A stretch of DNA of 64,000 bases from an uncultured virus (IMG/VR IMGVR_UViG_3300031234_000003) (IMGVR_UViG_3300031234_000003), one strand, 5' to 3'. Positions 10,677-20,813 are shown, counted from the first letter of the stretch. Made by a program: numbers and translations. Notes: generated by a model not told the origin, from the sequence alone.

Positions 10677-11603
10677 ATGACAGCTAAAGCGAAACTCGCG
10701 GGCAACACGCTGGTTTACGGAAACCGCAAACAGCCCGATATGAAGTGGGACATCAGCACGCCCGAACTGCGGGCGAAGGCGTTCCTCGAACTGTTCAAGT
10801 ACCTCAAGAAAGAGTGGGTGGTCTACACCTGCGACTATTGGGGTGCGACTAAGGCTGAGATCGCCCAGCAGAAGGAACTCTACCGCCTTGCCTCCGATGG
10901 TGATGCCGAGGCTGCCGAGCGGTTGCTCAGGATGCGTATCGACTACGAGTACGAGAACTGGCGAATCGTCGCTGTCCCCAAGTCGGGGGACGGTGAGCCC
11001 AAGATGGTTCTCAGCAAGAAACCCGGCAAAGTCTTCGTGAAGGACATCCGCCGCCAGTCCGATACGGGGCGATATTCGTTCCAACTCAGCAATGGCGAAG
11101 AGATTGAATTCGCTTACCTGCCGATCAGCACGACCCGCAATGACTGGTCAAACGGCCATATCATTCCCCACTTCTTGGTTGATTCGTTCTACGAGAAGCT
11201 GGGCCGCGACCGTGATTTCGAGAAAACCACGACCGAACTCCTGTCGCACATGAACTACATGCGGCTGACCCTCTACTACACCATGTTCCCCGAGAAGATG
11301 CCGCTGGGCAAGAATCTTGCCGCGTGGCAGCGTCGATCAATCGGTAGTGCGGAGGGCTTCATTCAGGATTTGGGTGACAACCCCGTCGAGAAGATCAGCG
11401 ACAGGACGGTTCGTCCGACCAATATTCAGAAGGCCCAAAACGTCATCAGCGAACTTGTGCTACACTACGAGAGTCTGCTCTCTTTGACCAAGCGAACACT
11501 CGAAGGCAAGTACGACAAAGAGACCGTACTTGAGCACGACCTACCGACCTACACCAAGAAGTTAGCGGACATCAAGAAAGGGATTATCGACGACGAGCTA
11601 TGA
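10677..11603 (+). CDS. hypothetical protein
   Basis: 308-aa ORF translationally coupled (ATGA overlaps) to neighbours. Confidence 0.75.
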   Translation: MTAKAKLAGNTLVYGNRKQPDMKWDISTPELRAKAFLELFKYLKKEWVVYTCDYWGATKAEIAQQKELYRLASDGDAEAAERLLRMRIDYEYENWRIVAVPKSGDGEPKMVLSKKPGKVFVKDIRRQSDTGRYSFQLSNGEEIEFAYLPISTTRNDWSNGHIIPHFLVDSFYEKLGRDRDFEKTTTELLSHMNYMRLTLYYTMFPEKMPLGKNLAAWQRRSIGSAEGFIQDLGDNPVEKISDRTVRPTNIQKAQNVISELVLHYESLLSLTKRTLEGKYDKETVLEHDLPTYTKKLADIKKGIIDDEL

Positions 11604-12665
11604 TGACCGATTTCGAAATTCGATTCACGCCCCGTGAGAAGAACATGGATCAGCGTCCGCCCGGAGCGCGAGAGCTTATCAACGCCCTTGGGGATTACGC
11701 GGAGGGCACGAAAACGCTGTCGAAGCAGGATGCCGCCGACGCCCACAACTACATCTGTGCGCTGGAATCCAAGGTTTGTGGGCTTCACCACGAACTGGAA
11801 GCGATGAAGCAGCAGAAGTCCGACCGCCTCACCCATCTGTTGAAAGACCGCGAGGCCGCGCTCGGAATACCGATATGAAATTTGTGAAAGTCACCTTCAT
11901 AACGGATGACGGCGAAGAGATCGAAACGACGCCGCAGGAATTCAAACTGCGGCTGGTGTACCCGGGTCAAACGACGCTCACCATTCCAGCGAAGGAAGAG
12001 AGAATGTGCAGGCCGCTGGTTAACTTCCCATGTGGGTTTAGACTGTGAAAGTCATCTTTGAGACGGACGAGGGCAAGAAGTACGAAGTTACGCCAGAGCA
12101 AATGCGCCTGACACAAATTAGGCCGAAGTCGGCGGCACTTCAAATACCCGCCGACGATGACTTAGTGGACGTACTGGTGTTCGACTGCGTACTGACACTG
12201 GAGGGACGGAAATGAACTTCGGACACGGAGAAGGGTGCACCTGCCGCGAGTGCCATCGCGTTCGCCATCTGTTGGCTCAATGCGAAGACGCTATCCGGGG
12301 CGCGAGCCGAGCAATCAACACGCTCGACAGGTATCAGACCGACCGTCTCGTCGAGCAGGCGGAATCGGCTCTGGGAAGGAAGCTCTGATGGAACTCGTAG
12401 AACCGTACACCGACGTTCGGGAGATGACTCCCGAAGTGCTGCTCGAACTCACGCAGTCCCACAAATATCAACAGGTCAAACGCTCGTTCCCGCAAGACAT
12501 CGGCCTGCACAGCAGGTTGGTCATTTCGCAGGAAGACATCGAGAACATGGGCGAGACCCTCAAGATGATCGTGTTCTTCGTTTCGCCCGCCATTATCCGT
12601 GGCGCAGTTGAACTGGCGAAAGAGAAGAGCGTCCTCGGGGTCAACTCGAACTGGCTGAGGTAGTC

Positions 12666-13118
12666 ATGGAAAACGAAGAACGTGGTGGTGTGGATTGGCC
12701 CGCAAAAGCAACCGACGAGTGCTTTCCCGATGTTCCCAAGGGAGGCGAAACCAGAAAGAAACGCGAGGGTTTTGAGTTTGTCTACGCCGACATCGTAGGT
12801 AGTTGGTACATGTCGCCAGAGACGTTCGTGCGGATGGACGGCAGCGAGCAGAAGGACATCATGCCGGGGCATTTCGGCTTCCTGATTCGCTGGGGCGTCA
12901 AGAATTATGGCTTCGGTGAATATTCGGTGAAGTTCGGCACCGATGGCAAGATCGAAGTGCAGGACGAGTTCAGCGGTCCTGAGTTCTCAAAGGCGTTGTT
13001 CGCCTATCTGGGGCAGAAGGTCGCGGAAATCGGCGAGCACGACCACCAGCGAGAAGAGAAAAAGAAACAGGAAGAAGCCGCGAGGATCAACGAAGCGGGG
13101 GAGCCTGATGTTTCCTAA
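12666..13118 (+). CDS. hypothetical protein
   Basis: 150-aa ORF with GAGGT RBS. Confidence 0.65.
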   Translation: MENEERGGVDWPAKATDECFPDVPKGGETRKKREGFEFVYADIVGSWYMSPETFVRMDGSEQKDIMPGHFGFLIRWGVKNYGFGEYSVKFGTDGKIEVQDEFSGPEFSKALFAYLGQKVAEIGEHDHQREEKKKQEEAARINEAGEPDVS

Positions 13119-13521
13119 CACCTCGAAGCCTACCAAATTGCAGTTGGAGACGCTCACTAAGCTGGCTCTTCCCGAAGGACTAATGTCTATTACCGTAGGC
13201 CGCATGACAAAGGGGTGCCTAGCCGTACTCAAGAGAGCCCTCCAAGACATCATCGAGTTGCCGCAGCCTGACGGACACGACTGCGACGACGATCAGGTGA
13301 TTGAACTGTTGGCGGACATGATCGAAAAAGAGGAAGAGAAAGAGGAGTAACATGGCGTGGAAGACTTTCACCCTCTATGAACCGCCTTCGGACGGGGCCT
13401 CAACCAATGGCAGGCCCGTCGAAGCTCAACTCGAAATCATCGAGGCTGAGGGCTACGAAATTAAATTTGTATTCAAGGAGTCCGCGAGGTATACTGTTCT
13501 CGCGAGGAAAAAGGCGCACTA

Positions 13522-14463
13522 ATGGACCTCTTTGAACAACTCAAGGCGAACAAGTTCCCCTACACGGACAACCTCATCCATCTGTTCCGGGGTGGGTCTG
13601 ACCTCCATGGGGCGCAACTTGTGAACAAGCACGATGACGACTGGTACGGCGTTTACGTCGAGCCGCCAGAGATGGTCATCGGGCTAAAGGACTACCCTCA
13701 CTACGTGTGGTCGTCTGCGGGCGACACGAAGCGGAACGTTCCCGGCGACATGGACATCTGCTTCTATTCGCTGCGGAAGTGGGCGAAGCTCGCCTCGGGT
13801 GGGAATCCAACTTGCCTGTCATACCTCTTTGCCGACAATACGTTACCTACCACTGATCTATGGCAAGAGGTACGGAACATGCGGACCCTCTTCCTGAGCA
13901 AGGCATGTGCGGAGCAGTTCCGTGGATTTGCTATGGCTCAGCGCCAGCGGTACATGGGTGAGCGTGGGCAGGGTAAGCATGGGCAACGTCCCGAGCTTGA
14001 GGAGAAGTTCGGCTTTGACACCAAGGCCGCCATGCACGTGATGCGACTCCTCGGCGAGGGGATTGAACTCATGCAGGCTGGTGAGATCACCTACCCGCGT
14101 CCGAACAAGAGCCTGCTGATTGCCGTTCGAGAGGGCAAGTACGATCAGGCATTCCTCAAGGATGCGACCGACATCCTATTTGCCGATCTGGACAAGGCAC
14201 AGGCGGAATCCAACCTGCCCGATCAAGTTGATCGTGAGGCTATCTCACGGTTCTTGACCAAGTTCTATCTCAAAGTCTGGGGAAGAGACGATTGTGCGAC
14301 CAACCGTATCTTGGCACGGGGGCTGGGGCTCGCCTGTCGCTGGATTGCTGGGCACCTGCGGGCCGATGAGCGGGCGGACGGGCACCCGGCGTGGGAAGAA
14401 TGGCGTGACGAGTCGGTTGTTAAGGTCGCCATGATCGACATGGCAATGCGAGCGGAGGACTAA
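13522..14463 (+). CDS. Pol-beta superfamily nucleotidyltransferase (YcgL/RlaP-like)
   Basis: GGSDLHG...DDDWYGVY, GNPTCL and FDTKAAMHVMRLL motifs. Confidence 0.85.
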   Translation: MDLFEQLKANKFPYTDNLIHLFRGGSDLHGAQLVNKHDDDWYGVYVEPPEMVIGLKDYPHYVWSSAGDTKRNVPGDMDICFYSLRKWAKLASGGNPTCLSYLFADNTLPTTDLWQEVRNMRTLFLSKACAEQFRGFAMAQRQRYMGERGQGKHGQRPELEEKFGFDTKAAMHVMRLLGEGIELMQAGEITYPRPNKSLLIAVREGKYDQAFLKDATDILFADLDKAQAESNLPDQVDREAISRFLTKFYLKVWGRDDCATNRILARGLGLACRWIAGHLRADERADGHPAWEEWRDESVVKVAMIDMAMRAED

Positions 14464-14554
14464 TGCCTCAAGTACCATGTGTGGGTGAGGACTGCTGGAT
14501 GTGCCTGATGCAAGCCGAGATTGAGGGCTTGACGGCACCATATTGGGGCGCGTG

Positions 14555-14830
14555 ATGACGGGCGTCTGTGAACTCTGTGACCGTGAACGGCACGATATCA
14601 CGGATCACCACCTGATTCCCCGCACCCTTCATGGCAACAAGCGGGTCAAGGCGGCGTTCCCTAAGGAACTCCTGAAAAAGACCGCTCCGTTGTGCAAGCC
14701 GTGCCACAAGCAGATACACGAGTTCTTTACGGAGAAAGTGTTGGGCTGGCACTACAACACGATTGAGAAATTGAAGGCTCATCCCGAGGTCCAGAAATGG
14801 ATCGCATGGGTCGGAAAGAAGACATTCTGA
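14555..14830 (+). CDS. small HNH-family protein
   Basis: CELCDR...TDHHLIPR...LCKPCHKQIH. Confidence 0.8.
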   Translation: MTGVCELCDRERHDITDHHLIPRTLHGNKRVKAAFPKELLKKTAPLCKPCHKQIHEFFTEKVLGWHYNTIEKLKAHPEVQKWIAWVGKKTF

Positions 14831-15806
14831 TGCTGGAAGTCGATCCATTTTTAGCCATCATCTGCAAACCCGAAGAGCATCCAGTTGGGGATTCGGTCGT
14901 GCACAATGGTGCCGAGTACATCATCGTCAAGCGGGTGCCTCGCAAAGACGGTACGGTACAGTGCTGGCTTGGGAGGGAAGTATAATGCCGAGGCTTAAGA
15001 TAGGAACTGGATCATGGCCGTATAAACGGAGATGGCGAGACGGTCCTACTTGGGCTTGGCTTTGCCAGATACTCGGTCATCAAAAGGAGTGGTATCACTG
15101 GTACGCCAGTGCGGGGGACCAGTTGGGTACGGAAATTGCCCGTGCATTGGGCTGGGGAAGTGGTCAAATAAAACCGCATTGGCATTTTCACGGAACTAAC
15201 TCCGTGAACGGCATGATTTGCGGTAGGTGCGGAAAGGCAGGCATCTAATGGACAACGAAATCCAAGCATTGGTAAACACGGCACTCGATCAGGCCGCTGA
15301 GAATGGCTATGACGAGAGTCCATCCGATCCTGCCGATGTCGCCATCAGTTTAGCAGACGAAGACTCGGACATCGAGAGGCTGATTTCGGATCAGTTCGAC
15401 GGCGACGAGACCATCCTCATCCCCTTCATCAAGGTCTGGCAGCAGAAACAGCAGAGCCAGCTATAATGTACAGCGATATGATCGGTCGCATTCGGGCTGA
15501 CGTGCATTACATGCGGCAAGCCATGGATGAGATTCGTGGGGATGGCTTCGGTCGAGCGGGCTATCTCAAGAGTGAGTTCAAGAAAGCCATCCGCCGTCTA
15601 GAGTCTCTCCAAGCCATGTTGGAAGAAGGCCCTCTACCTGAAGCTGCCGTAGACACCAACCCCGACTGCTGTGGTCATCTGATCGACAACATCCCCGGTT
15701 GCACCTGCCGTCTCATCGCCAGATCGCTAACTAAGAAATCTTCTGGTATTTGATTTCTTTTTCATGTATGCTCCCATGCAAGTGATCGGCAAAATAGGAC
15801 GTGTCT

Positions 15807-16355
15807 ATGACTCCCGGGCGTCGTTTGAAGTGGCTCAACTGTTCGATCTCTGCTTTTTTTCTTATCCCCGCATACATCCTTGCATCATTTTTCCATCCGA
15901 GTGCTTCAACTTGGATCATTGGGCTGTTCGCCGGGTTGCTCTGGGCTAACTGGTTCGAGTACGCCTACCACCGCTGGCTGGATCATACACCGGGTCTCCG
16001 CTGGGAGAAGCTCCACCGCGAGCACCACAAGGCTCCGCTCGATGAGACACACGTCAACCTCGGCAGTACCCCCTTCGACACGTTCATGATGTTCATCGTC
16101 AACTGCACACCAGTCGTTTGTGCAGACATCTGGTATCAGAAGGGCTTCTCCGCTCCTGTGATGGTCGCCTTCGTCATCTACGTCCTCGTTATGGAAGAGG
16201 TCCACTGGCGAGTACACATGGGCGGCTACGTGCCTCAGTGGATCAAGAGCTATCACTTGTCCCACCACGCCATGGGCGACACCCCCACTGGCGGAAAGAC
16301 CAAATTCAACATTTTTGTCCCCATCTTTGACTGGGTTTTTGGTACAATGGGGTAA
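15807..16355 (+). CDS. fatty acid hydroxylase / sterol desaturase family membrane protein
   Basis: Hydrophobic segments and His boxes EYAYHRWLDH, HREHH, EEVHWRVH, YHLSHH; FDWVFGT end. Confidence 0.85.
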   Translation: MTPGRRLKWLNCSISAFFLIPAYILASFFHPSASTWIIGLFAGLLWANWFEYAYHRWLDHTPGLRWEKLHREHHKAPLDETHVNLGSTPFDTFMMFIVNCTPVVCADIWYQKGFSAPVMVAFVIYVLVMEEVHWRVHMGGYVPQWIKSYHLSHHAMGDTPTGGKTKFNIFVPIFDWVFGTMG

Positions 16356-17089
16356 TGCCGACCAACATCATCATTGCAGAGGAAGAAGGCTACCTCTGGC
16401 ACCATCCCCTCGCCAAACGAATCTACGCCATCCTCAACGACATCCGGTATACCCAGCGGGACGTCACGTGGATGATCTCGGGCAATATCGCTTGGTACGC
16501 GGGCGGCGGACTCATGGATGAATACCGCCCCATCAGCTTTCGCATCATGGTCAGCAACCTTAAAGACGTGCAGAGCGGCGAGTCGATCAGTTTGTTCATG
16601 CCGCCAATCGTAGTTCACCCCGAGATGAAGGACGAGTGGATTCTCCAGACGGCGTACCGCGCTATCCGAAGCTTCGAACTACACGAAATGGACGAGCATT
16701 TCTTCTACAAGGACGAGAAGATTTTCGACCCGCACAGAGGCGAAACGCAGACAATCCATGGGTAGGGTGACCAAAGCGAACGGGCAATGGCTGTTCGGCT
16801 ACTGCTGGCGATACGCCCGAGCCCTCGAAGACCTCACAGGATGGCCTGTGCGCTTCGTTAACGGTCTGAGCCGCACTGTGTACACGGAATACGTCCACTG
16901 CGTTGTCCAGAAACCTGATGGCACCCTGTTCGACGCCAGCGGTCCTGTGAGCATCAAACAGCTTGAGAGGCGATATCTGCTCAAAGGAATTTACTTGACC
17001 AAACCGGGTCCCGAACACTACCATGAATACGACGCTACCGAGGCAATGGTAGCCGCCCGAAAACAATTGCAAAAATAAATTTTGATTTT

Positions 17090-17121
17090 CCTATCGAAAA
17101 CTCTGACTTTCATGGTAGTAT
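17090..17121 (+). promoter_or_regulatory. Promoter of tRNA operon 2 (CCTATC-N20-TAGTAT)
   Basis: Matches the operon-1 promoter, including the downstream ATAGAAG. Confidence 0.65.
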
Positions 17122-17139
17122 ATAGAAGCTGAGGAACAC

Positions 17140-17271
17140 ATGACCTTTAATAAAGCCAACTCGAACGTCGCCGCGACCCCAGAACATCAGGGCGTGGGCG
17201 GTAAGCGCCAGCGGAATAATCGCTGGTCGGTCGGTGGGCAGGTCTGCTCAGTTGGAGTCGTAGGAATCTAA
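17140..17271 (+). CDS. Putative attenuator leader peptide (43 aa, MTFNKANSNVAATPEHQGVGGKRQRNNRWSVGGQVCSVGVVGI)
   Basis: GAGGA RBS; cluster of His/Gln/Lys/Arg/Asn/Trp codons; followed by a terminator before the Trp/His/Arg/Asn/Gln/Lys tRNA cluster. Confidence 0.78.
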   Translation: MTFNKANSNVAATPEHQGVGGKRQRNNRWSVGGQVCSVGVVGI

Positions 17272-17300
17272 AGCAAGAGACTCCAAATCGAGATCAAACA

Positions 17301-17333
17301 GACCCGCCAAAGTTGGTGGGTTTTTGCATTTTT
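17301..17333 (+). terminator. Intrinsic terminator (attenuator) upstream of tRNA operon 2
   Basis: GACCCGCC/GGTGGGTT stem followed by TTTGCATTTTT. Confidence 0.78.
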
Positions 17334-17347
17334 AGTGGGTTTTCTGT

Positions 17348-17435
17348 AGGGGTGAAGGGCAACCCGGTTCGGCCCAGCGGTCTCCAAAACCGCCGACTTC
17401 GGTCATTGTGGGTTCAAATCCCACCACCCCTGCCA
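17348..17435 (+). tRNA. tRNA-Trp(CCA), atypical with long variable arm
   Basis: AGGGGTG/CACCCCT acceptor, GCGGT-CTCCAAA-ACCGC, GAC-TTCG-GTC variable hairpin, GCCA. Confidence 0.8.
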
Positions 17436-17473
17436 AATTTAAGTCGCATCGTGAATCAACCGATGTGCAGATT

Positions 17474-17553
17474 GTGGCGATGGCAACTCTGGGTATTGTT
17501 GCACTGGTCTGTGAAACCAGTTCTGGTGGGTTCGACTCCCACTCGTCACCCCA
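17474..17553 (+). tRNA. tRNA-His(GTG), no encoded G-1
   Basis: CTGGT-CTGTGAA-ACCAG arm, C73, CCA. Confidence 0.85.
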
Positions 17554-17563
17554 AGTTTGATGT

Positions 17564-17640
17564 GGTGGGCATAGTTCAGCGGTCAGAACGTCGGCCTGTG
17601 ACGCCGAATGCCGTGGGTTCGAATCCCACTGTCCACCCCA
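17564..17640 (+). tRNA. tRNA-His(GTG)
   Basis: Canonical cloverleaf with G-1:C73, CCA. Confidence 0.93.
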
Positions 17641-17928
17641 AGTTTTTAAGGCGAGAGAGCACGACAGAGATGATTGAAGGAGGGACCAAGATATTGAACA
17701 GCGGGGACGGAAGCTCGCCCAGCGTGCAGCGGAGAACAGGATTAGTCGCCCCCTCGGGGCAAGATTGGTCCGATGTGCACATCGAGCTTCCGTCTTCAAA
17801 GGGTAAAACTTTAGCGACGGTTGTTGGCAGCCCACTGGATCATGAGTGCCCAGCGTGTGAAGCGCCGAAAGGCGTGGCTTGCAGGTCAGCAACAACGCAT
17901 TACGACCGCGTGAGGTTGATTAGAATTT

Positions 17929-18005
17929 AGTCCCGTAACTCAGCGGAATAGAGTGCCAGCCTCCGAAGCTGGAAGTCGTGGGTTCGAATCCCACCGGGAC
18001 TACCA
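17929..18005 (+). tRNA. tRNA-Arg(CCG)
   Basis: CCAGC-CTCCGAA-GCTGG arm, CCA. Confidence 0.93.
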
Positions 18006-18052
18006 GTTACGAAGGCGTAATCCAGACTTCGTAGTGCTATAATAGAGGCACT

Positions 18053-18460
18053 ATGAACTGTCCCAAATGCGGGAAAGAAAAAGAGGTCGCGTCGGCCTCG
18101 TACTGTCGGGAATGCCAACGAGAGTTTACTCGCGGCGATTACGTTAAGAACAAAGCGGTGTACATCGCTAAAGCAAAGAGGAATGGCGAACGTTACAAGC
18201 GAGAGATGTACGAATGGCTGATGGCGTATTTCAGGAATCATCCATGCGTAGATTGCGGGGAACCTGATCCCGTAGTTCTGGATTTCGATCATCGTGATGG
18301 TGTCAAGAAAGACGATATAATTTCACGATTGATCTGTTGTAAGAAATACCACGCTGCAAAGCTGGAAATTGAAAAATGCGATGTGCGATGTAGTAACTGT
18401 CATCGGCGTCGAACAGCGAAACAGCAAGGTTGGTACTGGTTAAAATTTTTGCACGTGTAG
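18053..18460 (+). CDS. HNH endonuclease within the tRNA cluster
   Basis: CVDCG...LDFDHRD...KCDVRCSNCHRRRT; N-terminal zinc finger. Confidence 0.85.
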   Translation: MNCPKCGKEKEVASASYCRECQREFTRGDYVKNKAVYIAKAKRNGERYKREMYEWLMAYFRNHPCVDCGEPDPVVLDFDHRDGVKKDDIISRLICCKKYHAAKLEIEKCDVRCSNCHRRRTAKQQGWYWLKFLHV

Positions 18461-18527
18461 CTCAGCGGAACAGAGCATCGGTCTACGAAACCGGGGGTCG
18501 CAGGTTCGAATCCTGCCATGTGCACCA
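18451..18527 (+). tRNA. tRNA-Arg(ACG)
   Basis: Canonical cloverleaf, CTACGAA loop, CCA. Confidence 0.93.
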
Positions 18528-18546
18528 AGTTTGGAACGTAGAGGTC

Positions 18547-18610
18547 GGCTGTAGCTCAATTGGCAGAGCACCTCATTGCGAGGAGATGCGGGTTCGAATC
18601 CCGCCAGCCA
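18547..18610 (+). ncRNA. tRNA-like element with truncated anticodon arm
   Basis: Intact D arm (TAGCTCAATTGGCAGAGC) and T arm (GCGGGTTCGAATCCCGC); anticodon arm CCTC-ATTGC-GAGG. Confidence 0.65.
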
Positions 18611-18694
18611 TACGCCGAAACGTTCTAAGGGCAGAGGATAGACAGCGACGGCTGGAACGACGTGAAATCCCTCAAGCCCTCCGGATTTTAGATT

Positions 18695-18771
18695 GGTCCT
18701 ATCGGCAACTGGATAGTCACCTGCGCTTCGAACGCGGATCAGTGTAGGTTCGAATCCTACTAGGATCACCA
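18695..18771 (+). tRNA. tRNA-Arg(TCG)
   Basis: CTGCG-CTTCGAA-CGCGG arm, CCA. Confidence 0.88.
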
Positions 18772-18777
18772 AATTTT

Positions 18778-18864
18778 GCGGGCGTGTCGGCAAATGGACG
18801 CCACGGGCGCTACGAACGCCCAGCCCTTCGGGGAATGCAGGTTCGAGTCCTGTCACTTGCTCCA
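18778..18864 (+). tRNA. tRNA-Arg(ACG), atypical with long variable arm
   Basis: GGGCG-CTACGAA-CGCCC arm, CCC-TTCG-GGG variable hairpin, TCCA. Confidence 0.8.
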
Positions 18865-19028
18865 GTTTATGGAAGAACAGAAACAAAACGAAGGGGTCGA
18901 TAGTCGGAGCAATGCCCTCGGCTGGCATGAACGCAAGAAGCAGGAGCAAGCCAAGGAAGGCTCGACGGTTCACGCAGTGGGTTGTCCCTGCGGATTCTGT
19001 AAGGCAGGTTTTACGAAAGCATAAGTTT

Positions 19029-19114
19029 TGGGATGTAGAGCGTAATGGTAGCGTGCACGACTGTTAATCGTGTGGCGAAAGCCCTTGTAGGTTCGAGTCC
19101 TACCGTCCCAGCCA
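19029..19114 (+). tRNA. tRNA-Asn(GTT), atypical with long variable arm
   Basis: CACGA-CTGTTAA-TCGTG arm, GGC-GAAA-GCC variable hairpin, GCCA. Confidence 0.8.
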
Positions 19115-19277
19115 AATATGTTGACGAAAGAACTGATCGTCGAGTGGAACGCACGGTGTGAGCAACAGTGCCTCGACACAGCTTTCGAAGCGGCAGCCCG
19201 GGGAATGATCGACCTCTCCGAGGAGTTCATGAGATGGGCTCAGGAATGCCGCGAGAAGATTGAGTTTGTTGAAAGAT

Positions 19278-19363
19278 TGGGAAGTAGGAAAATTGGCAAC
19301 CCCAGTGGATTCTGAATCCACCGCCTTAGGGCACTGAAGGTTCGACTCCTTCCTTCCCAGCCA
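19278..19363 (+). tRNA. tRNA-Gln(CTG), atypical with long variable arm
   Basis: GTGGA-TTCTGAA-TCCAC arm, GCC-TTAG-GGC variable hairpin, U1:A72, GCCA. Confidence 0.82.
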
Positions 19364-19374
19364 ATTTTAGATGC

Positions 19375-19450
19375 GGGAGCATAAGCTTAACGGCCAAACT
19401 GCTCGTCTCCAAAACGAGACTTCTAGGTTCGAATCCTAGTGCTCCTGCCA
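19375..19450 (+). tRNA. tRNA-Trp(CCA)
   Basis: CTCGT-CTCCAAA-ACGAG arm, GCCA. Confidence 0.92.
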
Positions 19451-19516
19451 CGAAACGAAAGACGTATACGAGCACGAAACGCAGGCTCAAGTACGAAGCG
19501 AAAGGTTATTAGACAT

Positions 19517-19591
<75 letters not shown>

Positions 19592-19597
19592 TAGTAA

Positions 19598-19677
19598 GCT
19601 GTTGCGAAACGGGAGGCGGGTTCGTCTCGCCCACGCGCTAGTGGGTAATGTCCGTGAGAGTCGGGCGGCGACAGCCA
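19598..19677 (+). ncRNA. highly divergent tRNA-like RNA
   Basis: CTGTTGC/GCGACAG closing stem plus CCA; three internal hairpins including GTCCG-TGAGAGT-CGGGC. Confidence 0.5.
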
Positions 19678-19890
19678 ATTAAGTCTCAACGTGTGGTTTG
19701 TTCGGCGGTGGAGGGTCACCCGTAAAACGGTGCTCCTCATGGAGCGGGCAAGGGATGTCGGCATCGAACAGGGTTTCGACAGCGACTCGGTAAGTGCAGC
19801 CGCATTCGAGGACAGTGAAGAAACACTCCTCGTCGCCCTCGCGGGCAGTGTAGGCTCCAGCTTGCTTCATACTAATGAATACTGAAGTTT

Positions 19891-19966
19891 GGGCGGTTGG
19901 CAGAACTGGATATGCACTCGGCTCTTACCCGAGACTACGAGGGTTCGATTCCCTTGCCGCTCACCA
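19891..19966 (+). tRNA. tRNA-Lys(CTT)
   Basis: CTCGG-CTCTTAC-CCGAG arm, ACCA. Confidence 0.9.
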
Positions 19967-19992
19967 AGTTTTGGAGTATTGTAAGTAGAGAT

Positions 19993-20068
<76 letters not shown>

Positions 20069-20813
20069 AGATTCGAGGTAATTTATGCTGCAAACAAATC
20101 GAGTTCGAGTGCATCAAGGCGGACGGCACGGAGAAAAAGGCACCGTTATTCGAGGACCTTATCGCCACGATCCGCCAACAACCCGATATGGAAACCCTGT
20201 TCGGAATCCGAGGGGGTTTAACCCTGACACGCTCTGGTACACAGTATTGATGGATGAACTAAAGAACGGTAGAGCGGAGACGGAAGAGTTTTGCGACTAC
20301 CAGTTGACCGTGGTGCCGCAGATGCAGTGCGTGCAGTGCAAAAGGATGTTTGAGGATGGCGAAACCCAGACCGCTCCTATGGAGCAATGCCCGAAAGGTG
20401 GGGGTGGAAACCACGCGCTGGTACACCCAGACAATATCGCGACTACTGTGGAAGCATAAAATGCGGCAAGCGTGCCCCCGATGTCTCGGCGATGACGCGG
20501 CAGAGCGTGAAGGTCGGAACTTTGACCCCCTCTACGGCACCGTCGAAATCTACTGCACGTACTGTGGGTCCTTCGTGGACATGATCTGGCGCTGGCAGAC
20601 GGGTGACGCCGAGTGGCAGAAGTTCAGGGATCAAGCGAAGGGCGTAAGGGTATGAAGAAATGCGATGTGTGCGGGTTTGAGGGTCGCTGGCTGACTCACA
20701 TGTGCCCCGGCCCCGCCGATAACGGCAAGATTGATCCAGCGGATGGACGGATGAGGGTGTATCTGTGGTATCCGACGCAGATCATAGACATCCAAGAGAT
20801 TAAGGAACGCAGA

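Noticed and set aside
17313..17930. 205-aa ORF and antisense 187-aa ORF
   Set aside because: They span three tRNAs. Only the 3' CPAC...C...H zinc-finger-like part might be coding, and no start could be fixed.
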